From: an uncultured Nitrososphaerota archaeon
Lineage (GTDB): Archaea; Thermoproteota; Nitrososphaeria; Nitrososphaerales; CADDZS01
Length of the DNA: 64,000 nucleotides
Direction: 5' to 3'
NCBI GenBank assembly: GCA_963799845.1
Contig: CAWCYI010000006.1
Span: 576,001-640,000 of the forward strand
Shown here: piece after piece, positions 9,970 to 20,655 of the stretch
How positions within the stretch are numbered: position 1 is the first letter of the stretch
How the letters are laid out: each line of letters starts with the position of its first letter
Program-made: the position numbers and the translations under genes
The notes under the pieces: generated by a model
Told to the model about the DNA's origin: nothing
Seen by the model: the letters and a program-made list of their open reading frames with translations, nothing else
The model's database searches: none

Positions 9970-10045
9970 AGCATTCTCGCCCTAATTACTCAATTCTCAA
10001 GTAGAAGTTTATCGAAGTTTGTTGTCATCTTCAGTTAGGCATTTC

Positions 10046-10990
10046 CTATTTTTTTCCTAATATTTTCCTGAAAAACGCGATCCCCGTCTGCGAATTCGGC
10101 GCGAGACCGGTCGGCTTGACTAGCAGAACAATAACAATCATTGCAAACGGTAGTAGAGGCTGGTATCCAAAGGGTACTCCAAAGTAGTAATTTAGGGCTT
10201 CAATAATCGTGTTAGTCGAAAATCCAACGAGATAGCCACCAATGATGGTCCCAACAAAACTGGTTAGACCAGCTATAATGACAACTGCAAAAATATCAAG
10301 CAAGGTGCTGAAACCGAGAACAGGGGTGATCGAAGTATAGGTTCCCAGTACTACTCCTCCGAGCCCTCCTAGACCACCGGCGATTATCCACATTATGTTG
10401 ACTGCTAACGAAACGTTGATTCCAGAAATTCTGGCAAGGTCAAAGTTATTGGCAATCGCCCTCATTGACTTGCCAAGATGCGTCAGGTTAAAGAAAAGCG
10501 CAAGAAGAACTGAAATTACAATAGCGAGAATAATTGCGAGGAGATAGATATTCGAGACTTGTGCTTGGAAAATGCTTCCAACTGTGTAGATCCTAATATC
10601 TTCCTGCGCATCAAGAAGATTTGGGGTTACAGAAGCGGCCCACGCGAAAACAACGTACCGAACAAACTGCGCCACAGCAAATGAGGCTAAAACAAGAAAA
10701 TATATCGAAACCTTTCGATCCATAAGCGGCTTGTATACTACGTAATGGATTGCAACAGCCATAAGACTGCATACAAGAAAAGCGGAGACAGATACGATCA
10801 GCAAGTTGTTTGGGTAAAGTCGTGAAACTATGACTCCAACGTATGCTCCAACTGTAAGGAATTCTGCATGAGCAAAATTCGGTAATTTTACAACAGCTAG
10901 GGTCAAGGTCAGACCGATTGATGCAACAACGTAAATGCTGCCCTCAGCCACGGATTGGATGATTGAAGGGAACAGCCAGTAGGGTATCAA
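10046..10990 (-). CDS. livH: Branched-chain amino acid ABC transporter permease
   Basis: PNFAHAEF; GKSMRAIANNFDLARISGIN; VLLVKPTGL. Confidence 0.92.
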   Translation of the reverse strand: MIPYWLFPSIIQSVAEGSIYVVASIGLTLTLAVVKLPNFAHAEFLTVGAYVGVIVSRLYPNNLLIVSVSAFLVCSLMAVAIHYVVYKPLMDRKVSIYFLVLASFAVAQFVRYVVFAWAASVTPNLLDAQEDIRIYTVGSIFQAQVSNIYLLAIILAIVISVLLALFFNLTHLGKSMRAIANNFDLARISGINVSLAVNIMWIIAGGLGGLGGVVLGTYTSITPVLGFSTLLDIFAVVIIAGLTSFVGTIIGGYLVGFSTNTIIEALNYYFGVPFGYQPLLPFAMIVIVLLVKPTGLAPNSQTGIAFFRKILGKK

Positions 10991-11356
10991 ATTCTTGAAG
11001 ACAGTTGGCGTTTTCGATCGAGGCTTTTACTTTTTCTAGAACCTTCACAAGAAGAGGTCGTAGTAGGTCGGGAGTTTTCCTTTCGCCCAGATTAAGTCTA
11101 TAGCAAAAGCAAGTTCTAAATAACTTCGCTAAAGGCGCTCGTGCGAATCAACTTCAGATGACATCTATTCGAATTAAACTCGGAATTTGCAACATTGTGC
11201 ACATGATGCAGCTTTGAGAAAATCTACTGCATTCAGAGATAGGTGAAACAGCAGAGATGAGAAACTCCTTTTCTTAACAAACGACGACGTTACACGAAAA
11301 CCAAGAAGGAATCATACAAGATAAACCAAAATCCTGCTAAAACCGCAAACGCTTAA

Positions 11357-12659
11357 ATGAACCGAGAAAGCGGCAAGCATTCCATGGTATCTACTCAAGC
11401 TATTGCACTTTTAGTTGTTGGTCTAGTGATAGGCGGCGCGATCGGTTACAGTGCCACCCTTTTAGCAGCTCCTTCGACATCCACTTCTTCCGCGAAAACT
11501 TACACCATAGGGTCTATTGAACCGCTGAGCGGGGCGTACGCCGTTTACGGTCAATCATTTCTACAGGCTTCGCAATTGGCTGTCAATCAAATGAATGCAA
11601 ACCTTTCCGCGGCTGGAAGTAATATTCAATTCAAAGTTGTGTCGGCGGATGATGCTGGAACTCCCGCGACTGCCGAATCAGCATTGACTTCAATGTACTC
11701 CACTTATGGAATACACGCTCTGATCGGGCCATTAACTTCTGCAGAAGTTCAGGGACTCCTCCAGACTGCTGATACTGATCACATAGTTGTACTTCCACCA
11801 GCTGCAACTGCGACTTCCTTAGAGTATCCAAAGTCTTCGACGAACTACCTAGTGAGACCGGGACAGCCTGGAGATCAGTACCGAAGGTTCAGCCCTTGCT
11901 CAAACTGTGATTCAGTTAGGCGCAAAGAATGTAGTTTTCCTTTACCGCGATGATACATCAGAATACGGAACCTTCAACATCTCAAGCGCCATTATGAAGA
12001 CGGCCGGACTTAATGTGATGGGCATTTCATTTCAACCTAGTCAAACTGACTATTCGGCTCAAGTAGCCACGGCCGAGTCAGATGCGCAGACATTCCTTAC
12101 ATCTGGTGGAACTACTGCAAACACTGTTGTAGTGCTCGCGGGAAGCGGAGTAACTGAGAATCAGAACATATTCACTCACGCCGCGTCAGACCAATACTTG
12201 AGCAGTATCAGGTGGTTCGGTGTCGAAGCGATAGATACACCAACGTTGCTTACTTCTTCTACTGGTCCGTGGATGGCGACTGTCAATTTCACAATCACCT
12301 CCCCGGCCGCGTTCGCCAGTCCTCAGCTCACTTTCTTCAATACAACATTCATCGCAGCGTACGGTTCCCCTCCTCAACCATACTCAAACTACGCATACGA
12401 TAATACTTGGATAGCAATGCTCGCAATTCTTATCGCCGGAAGTAACAACGGCCCGTCTATTCTCAGCGCTACACCATTGGCCGCTGACCACTACTTTGGA
12501 GCGACGGGCACAGGAGTATGGCTCGATAACAACAACGCGCAGACCTTTGCCATATACAATATCCTGAAAGTGATACCTCAATCGTCTACGGCTTCAACGA
12601 CGACGCAAATCGGATCTTACAACGGCGCGACTAACCTAGTTACCTTGACTTCGAGTTAG
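11357..12659 (+). CDS. Branched-chain amino acid ABC substrate-binding protein (apparent +1 frameshift at ~11881)
   Basis: TIGSIEPLSGAYAVYG LivK-type motif. Removing one C from GTACC joins the two ORFs as GDQYEGSALAQTVIQLGAKNVVFLYRDD; YAYD motif follows. Confidence 0.85.
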
Positions 12660-12687
12660 CATCAAAAACTAACTTTAGGACAGGATA

Positions 12688-12709
12688 GGGAGGGCTTCCG
12701 GGCCCTTCC
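12688..12709 (+). terminator. GC-rich hairpin downstream of the substrate-binding gene (terminator or 3' stabiliser)
   Basis: GGGAGGGC-TTCCGG-GCCCTTCC; no U-tract follows. Confidence 0.35.
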
Positions 12710-13035
12710 ATCGTCGCGCTCTAAACCGATAAACACGGCTAATTTTCCTCCGACTATTATCGATGCGTTTGAATCACCTCGACAATGTGCTTACTCCGAT
12801 GACGATTCGAGTCGAAGGAAATTGCTGACAATAGATTCAGCTTGACCGGGTCCGGACAATACAGCTTGGCTAACCTGTTTGTTGGGGGGCTTAGTCAAGA
12901 GACTTGGAAACGTTAGACGATCAAGACATCGCTCACCCATTGAAAGATCACTAGAACTTCAAAAGGTAATTGTTTGAAAACAGTCTTCCCTAAAATCAAG
13001 GGAAATTGCGAACTTCGGAACTCTAACTAATTTCG

Positions 13036-13494
13036 TCAAATAATGACTTTGACGACAAAAGTCAGTATATACGCCGGAACTATGGAATAGATCCATTCAT
13101 GGTGCCAGATCACATCGGTCCTGATCTTCGGCCAATACTTGTCGCCAATGAAATCAATCGCCAGCGTGGCGGCGACTAGAACTCCCGTGAATGCAAACTT
13201 GAGCCACAGAGAGGACCATATTGGTTGAACATAACCAAGAAAATAAAGGCCTAGGAACAAGCCGTATCCAGTAGGGACGATAAAGTAGATGCAGTTATGA
13301 TGTATCCTGTGCCCTTTGATGTAGAAGGGCTTTGCAAAACCTCTCTTGAACATGGCTGTTCCAAGTTTGTCGACAACGAGGGTAGAGAACATGATAAGCC
13401 CCAGACCGGCCAAAATCCCGATGGCAAACAGCGTCGGATCGTGAATCCTCGGTGGAATTGGAGTTCCAAACGTCAGACTCATGGCCGCAATCAT
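13036..13494 (-). CDS. Hypothetical membrane protein
   Basis: About four hydrophobic segments; HRIHH and WHHEW His motifs. Confidence 0.7.
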   Translation of the reverse strand: MIAAMSLTFGTPIPPRIHDPTLFAIGILAGLGLIMFSTLVVDKLGTAMFKRGFAKPFYIKGHRIHHNCIYFIVPTGYGLFLGLYFLGYVQPIWSSLWLKFAFTGVLVAATLAIDFIGDKYWPKIRTDVIWHHEWIYSIVPAYILTFVVKVII

Positions 13495-13645
13495 TCACTC
13501 CATTGCTATTTTTGTTTACTGGTCGCCTGTCTCATAAAATAGGTTGAGGCTATTCTCCTGAGAAATCTCCAATAATTCCGCCTGTTTTTCGCGGCTTTTC
13601 CTTAAAGAAATCAACCATGTGCATAAGAGCATTACAGGCGGGGAA

Positions 13646-14179
13646 TCAGGACTCCGCCTTCGCATACACGTTGGTCAGAGATCTGAACCCCAGCTTCGTA
13701 TAGAATCTCTTCGCAATTTCGTTCTGACTGGGAAATTCCGCGGTAATCAGTTCTGCCCCCTTTTTCTTCAGTCTCTCGGTCATGGCTGACAATAGATCCC
13801 TCCCAAGGCTGCCCCTTCTGAACTCAGGGAGGATGTAGAATTCGACTATCGCCCCCTCTATTCGCGGCTCATAAAATGTCCGGTCTTTGATATCTGCCTT
13901 CACCACCCCGACAAATTTCGTTCCAGAAACGGCAACTAAGACGACCGAATCGCTGTTCGAAACGGCTTTCTCCACGCTCTTTAGGGCATCCTTCTCGAGA
14001 CTCTCGGTGGTCTTGAGAAGTGGATCAAACTCGCCGTTTAATCGTTTCAATCTAGCAATCAACTGAGCCGCTCTTTCTGTTTCCTCCTTCCTGAGCTCTC
14101 GAATCGCAAGCCGGACCACGGAATCGGAGTCGCGATTAGAACCATTGCTTCCAGACATCTGTACGTTTTTCTTCGCCAT
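13646..14179 (-). CDS. GNAT family N-acetyltransferase
   Basis: FYILPEFRRGSLGRDLL (motif A); NEIAKRFYTKLGF. Confidence 0.9.
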   Translation of the reverse strand: MAKKNVQMSGSNGSNRDSDSVVRLAIRELRKEETERAAQLIARLKRLNGEFDPLLKTTESLEKDALKSVEKAVSNSDSVVLVAVSGTKFVGVVKADIKDRTFYEPRIEGAIVEFYILPEFRRGSLGRDLLSAMTERLKKKGAELITAEFPSQNEIAKRFYTKLGFRSLTNVYAKAES

Positions 14180-14186
14180 TTTTTTC

Positions 14187-15566
14187 TTAACCTTCTCCTA
14201 CTTTTCTCTTTAGCAGAACTCCTTGGGGGATGGGCTTTATCAAATTAGACCTTTGCAACTGATTGATCATTTTCTTGCTATTTTCTATTATTTCCTGTGC
14301 TCGGCTGCGAATCTGTCGTTTCGAAAGTTTGATTCTAGAAATTCCTAGCTTAACGCATGATTCACCCACCGCTGATGCGACAAGAGGATAAATCTCCCAG
14401 TCCATCATCGTGGGCAGAATGTGTTCATCCGAAAGCGATCCCTGATTTTTCGCGTAATCCGACAATTCCTTCGCTGCGGCGACTATAACCTCATCTGGGA
14501 TAGATCTAGATCTCACGTCCAACACTCCTCTGATTATTGAAGGGAAGATTAAGCTATTATTAACTTGGTTTGGAAAATCGGACCTCCCGGTCGCAACGAT
14601 TCTAATCCCTGCCTCTCTCGCTTCCTTCGGCCATATCTCGGGTACTGGGTTAGATAACGCGAAAAGTATCGCATCCTTATTCATTTTCTTCAGAGTATTC
14701 TTGTTTAGGATGTGCGGCCCTGGCTTGGAAGCAGCTATCAATGCATCGGCGCCGCGAACCGCTTCATCAATATCTCCCTCCCTTCTTTCTGAGTTAGTCC
14801 TCAGAGCAAGCTCATACTTCCACTTGTTTTGAAGCATCATGCGGTCCATGTCTTCGCGCTCCGAATGCAAAATTCCTTTAGAGTCAACCAGAATGAGATT
14901 ACCTGGAGTCGCACCTGCCGAAATCATCAGTCTGGCGGCAGCGATATTTGCAGCCCCTGCTCCCATCAAAACGATCCTGGAGTCTTTCAGATTCCTGTTC
15001 GTCAGGGCGAGTGAATTATAGAGGCCTGCCAAAATTACTCCTGCTGTTCCCTGTTGGTCATCGTGCCAAACTGGAATCGTGAGCTTCGTTTTCAGTTCGT
15101 CCAGGATCTGGAAACACTTGGGCGAAGAGATATCCTCCATGTGTATTGCGCCAAATGCTGGTTCTATCTGAACTGCAAACTCGATAATCTTCTCCGGTTC
15201 GTGCGCGCTTATCGGGATCGGAACTGCATCCACTCCACCGAGATATTTGTAAATCAGAGCCTTGCCCTCCATGACTGGAAGACTTCCCTCAGGGCCGATA
15301 TCCCCTAAACCCAGGACTCGAGATCCGTCGGTCAAAATGCATAGCATATTCCATCTATTCGTATATTCGAAAGATAGATCGGGATCTTTTGCGACCGCAA
15401 GACTGACCGCAGCAACACCCGGAGTGTACCAAATCGAAAAGTCGTCCAGACTCGTCACTGGAACTTTAGGAACCACCTGCATTTTTCCATGATAATAACG
15501 CGAATACACGAGCGCTAGCTTGGAAGTATCGACAACCTTCTTTGAATTGATCTTGGTGTTCCGCAT
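14187..15566 (-). CDS. NAD(P)-dependent malic enzyme
   Basis: YTPGVA, TDGSRVLGLGDIG, PVMEGK, HDDQQGTA, GAGAA and ATGRSDFPNQVNN motifs. Confidence 0.95.
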   Translation of the reverse strand: MRNTKINSKKVVDTSKLALVYSRYYHGKMQVVPKVPVTSLDDFSIWYTPGVAAVSLAVAKDPDLSFEYTNRWNMLCILTDGSRVLGLGDIGPEGSLPVMEGKALIYKYLGGVDAVPIPISAHEPEKIIEFAVQIEPAFGAIHMEDISSPKCFQILDELKTKLTIPVWHDDQQGTAGVILAGLYNSLALTNRNLKDSRIVLMGAGAANIAAARLMISAGATPGNLILVDSKGILHSEREDMDRMMLQNKWKYELALRTNSERREGDIDEAVRGADALIAASKPGPHILNKNTLKKMNKDAILFALSNPVPEIWPKEAREAGIRIVATGRSDFPNQVNNSLIFPSIIRGVLDVRSRSIPDEVIVAAAKELSDYAKNQGSLSDEHILPTMMDWEIYPLVASAVGESCVKLGISRIKLSKRQIRSRAQEIIENSKKMINQLQRSNLIKPIPQGVLLKRKVGEG

Positions 15567-15907
15567 TGTGTTAACTGGCTCTTGATAAAAGAAGGTCTAT
15601 CGATTTTCTTTGGTTTAGTATTCCAGGAATTGTTATAGGCGAAATATTTTTGCTATTTAACAGATATTGTTGTTCAGTCAATCGTCGAATATCAAGGAGT
15701 AAACTGCAACTTTGCGGCGACTTGGTATATCGCTCCAAATTCTGCCGAGAGTTGGGTAGATACTGCAAATCTTCATCCCGGTGAGGGATCATTTTTCAAT
15801 CACGACCCCGATGTCTAGTCCAACAAATTGAATTCTCATATTTCCCGAAATTTTCTAAATATCATTATAAGCACGGACATCTATATTGAGATAAGAAGTG
15901 AAGTTGT

Positions 15908-16150
15908 TTGGGCTCATTTAAATTCAAAAAGGGTGATTTTGTGATAATTGACGATGGCGGGACGCCTATTGAGTTTGAGATTGTCTCACCTTTGCAGCCA
16001 GGAAGAGGGAGTCGTTTAGCCGGGGAGCTGTGTTACGACGCTAGGGAAGTTAATTCCGGAGATAGAAGGACTATTTCAGAGGATGAGATATTGAGGCTTG
16101 CTACTCCCGTTGACAATTCGGCTCAGTTATTCAGGAAAAAAGACAAATAA
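15908..16150 (+). CDS. Small hypothetical protein (possible SH3/KOW-like beta fold)
   Basis: FKFKKGDFVII...RRTISEDEI pattern; AT-rich promoter-like sequence upstream. Confidence 0.6.
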   Translation: MGSFKFKKGDFVIIDDGGTPIEFEIVSPLQPGRGSRLAGELCYDAREVNSGDRRTISEDEILRLATPVDNSAQLFRKKDK

Positions 16151-16166
16151 AGAATAGGCCTAGTCG

Positions 16167-16583
16167 ATGCCTGAATCGTTCTTGGAACGCAAAACTCGAT
16201 TTCAGACTTTTCTTTTGTACGATTCTAAATGCGGCCCCTGTACATCATTTATGAAAATAGTGACAGGACTTGACTTTCGGAAAAAGATTACTCCAATTTC
16301 AATCCATGGAATTCAAGCTGAGGATATGGTTCGAGGATTACTATCTACTTCTCGGTTGAAGAGTTCTTTCCACATTGTAGAGGTTTCAGCGGGTGCAACT
16401 CAAATCTACAGTGCTGGAGATGCTCTCGTTCGCTTAGCACGATACGCGCCGGCTGGATCATTGAATTACGCGATTATTTCGCGAGTAAAACCACTTCGAC
16501 AACTTGTACGATGGTCTTATTTTCAGGTCGCTCGTTTGCGGGAGGCCTCGAAGTCCTGCTCCGTTGTAGATATTTCAAGCTAA
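16167..16583 (+). CDS. DCC1-like thiol-disulfide oxidoreductase (DUF393)
   Basis: LLYDSKCGPC (DxxCxxC); SFHIV...YSAGDALVRL. Confidence 0.85.
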   Translation: MPESFLERKTRFQTFLLYDSKCGPCTSFMKIVTGLDFRKKITPISIHGIQAEDMVRGLLSTSRLKSSFHIVEVSAGATQIYSAGDALVRLARYAPAGSLNYAIISRVKPLRQLVRWSYFQVARLREASKSCSVVDISS

Positions 16584-16594
16584 ATCGAAAAAAG

Positions 16595-17044
16595 CTATCC
16601 GTACGGGGATTGCATCTGTTTCTCGGGGGTATCCGATAGAGTTCTCCTCAGAACTATTTCCAGCCGAAACTGCTCATTGGCTGTAGAAGCTTCTGTCGAC
16701 GCATCCGAATTTGCCACCTCTTCCACCGTGTCCTTTTCCGGTTGAGCTTTGGCTTTAACGACACCCTTTTGCCGGGCATCATCTCTTGAAAGATCTTTTG
16801 GCGCAAATACTTGTTTGCTCTCTAGTTCCGTTTTTGCAGCTATGAAAGCACTTGGGACTTTCAGGTCGATGAACTTCGGTGCGCCATCCAAAAACCTCTG
16901 TAGTTCGGTTGCGAGTCGCTTGTCGCCGGTACTAACCCTGATCCAATAAATCATTTCCTTGCCTTTCATATTAGGAGTGGGCATTGTTCGTGTTTCGAAC
17001 TTCTCGGCTTCGAACTGAAAGTTATTCAACAGAACCAATACCAT
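16595..17044 (-). CDS. Hypothetical protein
   Basis: 149-aa ORF with ATG start filling the gap between genes; no family recognised. Confidence 0.6.
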   Translation of the reverse strand: MVLVLLNNFQFEAEKFETRTMPTPNMKGKEMIYWIRVSTGDKRLATELQRFLDGAPKFIDLKVPSAFIAAKTELESKQVFAPKDLSRDDARQKGVVKAKAQPEKDTVEEVANSDASTEASTANEQFRLEIVLRRTLSDTPEKQMQSPYG

Positions 17045-17151
17045 TCTTATTTCACATCCCTATCCGGTTATCGAGCTCATGCATTTGCTAAACGATTTTC
17101 AATGGAATTCGACGTAAAATATCTTTTCCACGATTTCTCCAATTGCCAGCG

Positions 17152-18624
17152 CTATCGGAAGTCCGCCGGGTGAATTGGAAAGAACAGGATAAAGAATAGG
17201 ATAGCTGCCCCTAGCCAGAGTCCAGCGAGCAACCTTTGCAATTTTATCGAATCGGGAGAAATGAAGGTGATGACCATTGGTATACCCAGCGCGAGCGCCG
17301 GATCAGTATTTACGAAATAAAAAGCGTACACGACCCTATGGTACACTCCAGATAGGATGAGGTTCGGCCCGTAAGTGCCTACAATCAAGGCTAGAATAAG
17401 AGCGTCAAGCTGGGTCGCCATGCGCCTGATTGCTTTGAAAATAATTACAGGCACAATAATCCAGATGGAGTACCAAATCACAAGGTTCCCAATACCCTGC
17501 CAGTCAATTGGATGAAGCTGGATCGTGCTCAAGACAGTTCCGTTCGCAGCAGTGGTTGTCACAGTAACCGTTGTCACGTAATACTGCGAGGGGTTGACAT
17601 CCAGCGGAAGGATCCAGTACCAAGCAAGATGATCCCACGGATCCTGCAGATCGCTCTGAGATATGACAAGCGAAGTATGGTAGCTGTAGTAGTATTCAAA
17701 GTTCTGCCAGAAGTAGTTAACGTAATCACTGTGTGAATTTGAGGTCGTTGTAGTCGTAACTGTTTGTCCGCTCGTCTGGTTTACGATGAGCACTGTCCCC
17801 ACAGTCGAAATTGTACTTTCATAGGGATGATACACGGCGTCGTAGATTTGAAGCGGTATACCGACAACTGCAATGAGTATTATGATGAACACGATTAGCG
17901 CCTTTAGCGAGCTTGATGAAAGCAGTTTTTCCTTGGGGATACGTCTTGTTGCCCAAGCATGATAGAAGAACAACGCGGCTACGAAATAAATGCCCCATTC
18001 CTTGCTGAGTATTGAAAGCCCGAACGCGAACGCAGCAACGTAGTAGTGTTTCTTGAAGTAAGCCAAAAACCCAATCATAGCGAACAGAATCGGTGGGCCC
18101 TCGAGCAAAAGTAGTGACGTATGGATGAAAAACAGCGTCTCAAACCCGAGCATCGAGGCTGCGAGAAGAGCTTTCTCTTTCGAGAAGAAGACGAGCGCCA
18201 GCTCGTAGAGAGCCCAGACTGCCGCCACGCCGATCAGGACATAGAATATCCGCCATCCAAAGAAATCATTACCGAAGAGATAGATTCCCAAAGCGCCCCA
18301 AATTTTTCCAAAGAACGGGTGTTCCAAATTGCTTGGGACTAGGTGTAGTAGATCATTTGCTGCAGGTACATAGTATGCCTCGTCGAAAACATACTGATCG
18401 TTTCCGTTCGGGAACGACATTGCAAAGAGATGCAGACCTAGCAAGATTAGCAGCAGGTGCCCGATATTGAATGCGGAAAGAACTCTACTGAAGAACGCAG
18501 CAATTTGAATTCGAATTTGCTCGTACCAAGGGAGAGGGGACTTTTCGGGAACATGTTCAACAACATTCTCAGTATGATCGTTTTGCCCGCTGGCGGGAGC
18601 TTCTACTTTTTCAGATTCGCTCAT
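17152..18624 (-). CDS. GT39/PMT-like dolichyl-phosphate-sugar protein glycosyltransferase
   Basis: YVFDEAYY (PMT DE motif), LEHPFFGK, FFGWR and SKEWG motifs; multiple TM segments. Confidence 0.82.
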   Translation of the reverse strand: MSESEKVEAPASGQNDHTENVVEHVPEKSPLPWYEQIRIQIAAFFSRVLSAFNIGHLLLILLGLHLFAMSFPNGNDQYVFDEAYYVPAANDLLHLVPSNLEHPFFGKIWGALGIYLFGNDFFGWRIFYVLIGVAAVWALYELALVFFSKEKALLAASMLGFETLFFIHTSLLLLEGPPILFAMIGFLAYFKKHYYVAAFAFGLSILSKEWGIYFVAALFFYHAWATRRIPKEKLLSSSSLKALIVFIIILIAVVGIPLQIYDAVYHPYESTISTVGTVLIVNQTSGQTVTTTTTSNSHSDYVNYFWQNFEYYYSYHTSLVISQSDLQDPWDHLAWYWILPLDVNPSQYYVTTVTVTTTAANGTVLSTIQLHPIDWQGIGNLVIWYSIWIIVPVIIFKAIRRMATQLDALILALIVGTYGPNLILSGVYHRVVYAFYFVNTDPALALGIPMVITFISPDSIKLQRLLAGLWLGAAILFFILFFPIHPADFR

Positions 18625-18636
18625 TGTAATCCGTTC

Positions 18637-19807
18637 TCAATCGTTCGGGTTTTTTTTCGAAAAACCGAGTATGCCTATTATTACGGCCAAGTAAATCTGT
18701 CGCAACAGAGCAAAAGCTTGAGGTACACTGGGCAATGTATTGCTGTTCGAAAACGCGAACCAGAACAATATTATTCCTGCATTAGAGAGCTCGAAGAGAT
18801 AGAAGAGCGAGAGAGGAATCATTGGGACCAGCGCGAAGAGCGGGAGCAAATCGAGGTTCATTTGTGGCGTGGCAATGTACGAGAAAAGAATGAAAACGCC
18901 GAGAACCATGAAAGCTCTAACTAAGAGTGGTTTGCCCCGGAAGAATACGTAGACGGCGAGAGCAGCGCCTCCCAGCAATACGTAGCTCGATATCCTTTGC
19001 AAACCCCCAATCGTTCTGGTTGTTGAAGATCCACACAAGAAAACTATCCTCCAGCCCCCAGTTTTTCAAGAAAGTATAACCCTGAAGCCATGTACTAAAA
19101 TTCAGTATCATGAATGGTACGTTCAGAGCACCGACCACCGCTCCCATTACAGCGGAATAAGTTATCCTCCCTTTTCGCGTCGGAATTTCCTGCCAGAACA
19201 ACGGGAGAAGGAGGGCGGGCGAGAGTTTGGTTGCAACGGCCAGTCCAAGCGAGAGCGCACTCAAGTTCGGCTTGGATCTCGCGATGAAGAAATATAGCGA
19301 GGCAACCACGAAAAAGGTTTGAACGATATCAAAGTTGTAAGCGCCGTACAAAAGAAGTGAGGGCGTGAAAACAGAGAATAACAGCTGCTTGTTTCTGCTT
19401 TGGCCGAGGTATCCAATGAATTGGTAAACAAAGTGAGAAATGAGAACCGTGAACAGTAGTAAAATTCCGAACTCCACTATCGCGAAAATGTCAATGTTCC
19501 CACCGCTTGCCCATCCTCCCAGCCACAAGATCAATCCGCAAACGGGCGGATATTCGAACATGTAGGTCACATACGGTATTCCAACGACAACTTCCCTGAG
19601 CCCCGTCGATGTGGTCCTGCCCCAGAATGAGCCCAGAAAATCGCTATAATATTGGGGCGAATTGTTGATCGGAAAATGTATCAGAATGCTCATCAAGAAA
19701 AATACACCAGTGGCGAGCATCACAGTAGTGTATTGGGAATCGTTCAAGAGATCTTTGAGCTTGGCCGGAACCCAATCCTTCTTCGAACTGTCGAATTCGC
19801 TTCTCAT
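18637..19807 (-). CDS. GT87/DUF2029-like GT-C glycosyltransferase (apparent +1 frameshift at ~18988)
   Basis: YYSD, FEYPP, YNFD and LAVATKLSP motifs. Removing one base next to AGCT joins the ORFs as AKDISYVLLGG...YIATPQM. Confidence 0.8.
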
Positions 19808-20059
19808 GAAAGTTAATCTCTCAGCCCGGGCAACCTCAATTGGGGAAACCTGGTACTTTTTCAGAACAGCGATTCTCGGGATATATTAAATTCTAAAGCA
19901 AAGAACAGGTCAAAAACACAGTTACATTTTTCATAATGTCGTTAGAATTATTCTGCGGTCTTTTCTTTGTGGTTTCCACAATGAACTTGTGAAATATTAG
20001 TTGATAACACAAAGCTAATTTAGTCGCTGGAAGCGTTGTGAAACTTCTAGACTCACATT

Positions 20060-20623
20060 TTGCAGACCCGAGTAACTATCTCTTCATCGCGGTCTATCGC
20101 GATAATCGGCCTCTTCTCAGCGCTTTACATTGTAACTTCTGGTCTGACTTCTTTCGTTACTCAGGTCGGATACCCGGAGCATTTTCTCCGCGGCATACTG
20201 ATGACCGCGGTAATTTTACGAACAGGCAGAAAATGGAGCGCGACCATGATGGGAGTGGTATGTGGCCTGGTTTTCGCCTTGGTGGTACCCGCGCCCGCTC
20301 CCTATCTTCTTCCATCCACGATATTTTCTGGTCTCGTTTTCGATCTAGCGTTGATCATTGGTTCAAAGTACGCCGAAGCATCAAAGTCGCAGACTCGATT
20401 GCTGGTAGGAGCCGGTCTAAGCGGCCTTGGAGAATCAGTCGTAGCATTAACCATACTAACTGTCTACGCGCCCGGCTACCTCGGTAAATCTTTCAACGCG
20501 CTGACAATCGCATGGTCGGCCGATGTTGTGCTAAACATTGTTTTGAGTGTTATTGGGGCTTTTCTTGCTTTCAGATACCTCTCGGGAAGGCCTTTGCCAA
20601 AGCAAAATGAACTGACTAACTAG
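20060..20623 (+). CDS. Membrane protein, ECF transporter S-component-like
   Basis: ISSSRSIAIIGLFSAL N-terminus; 5-6 TM segments; ~187 aa. Confidence 0.6.
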   Translation: MQTRVTISSSRSIAIIGLFSALYIVTSGLTSFVTQVGYPEHFLRGILMTAVILRTGRKWSATMMGVVCGLVFALVVPAPAPYLLPSTIFSGLVFDLALIIGSKYAEASKSQTRLLVGAGLSGLGESVVALTILTVYAPGYLGKSFNALTIAWSADVVLNIVLSVIGAFLAFRYLSGRPLPKQNELTN

Positions 20624-20655
20624 TTTACGGCCTGAATTTGAGTGGAAGACTTCTC

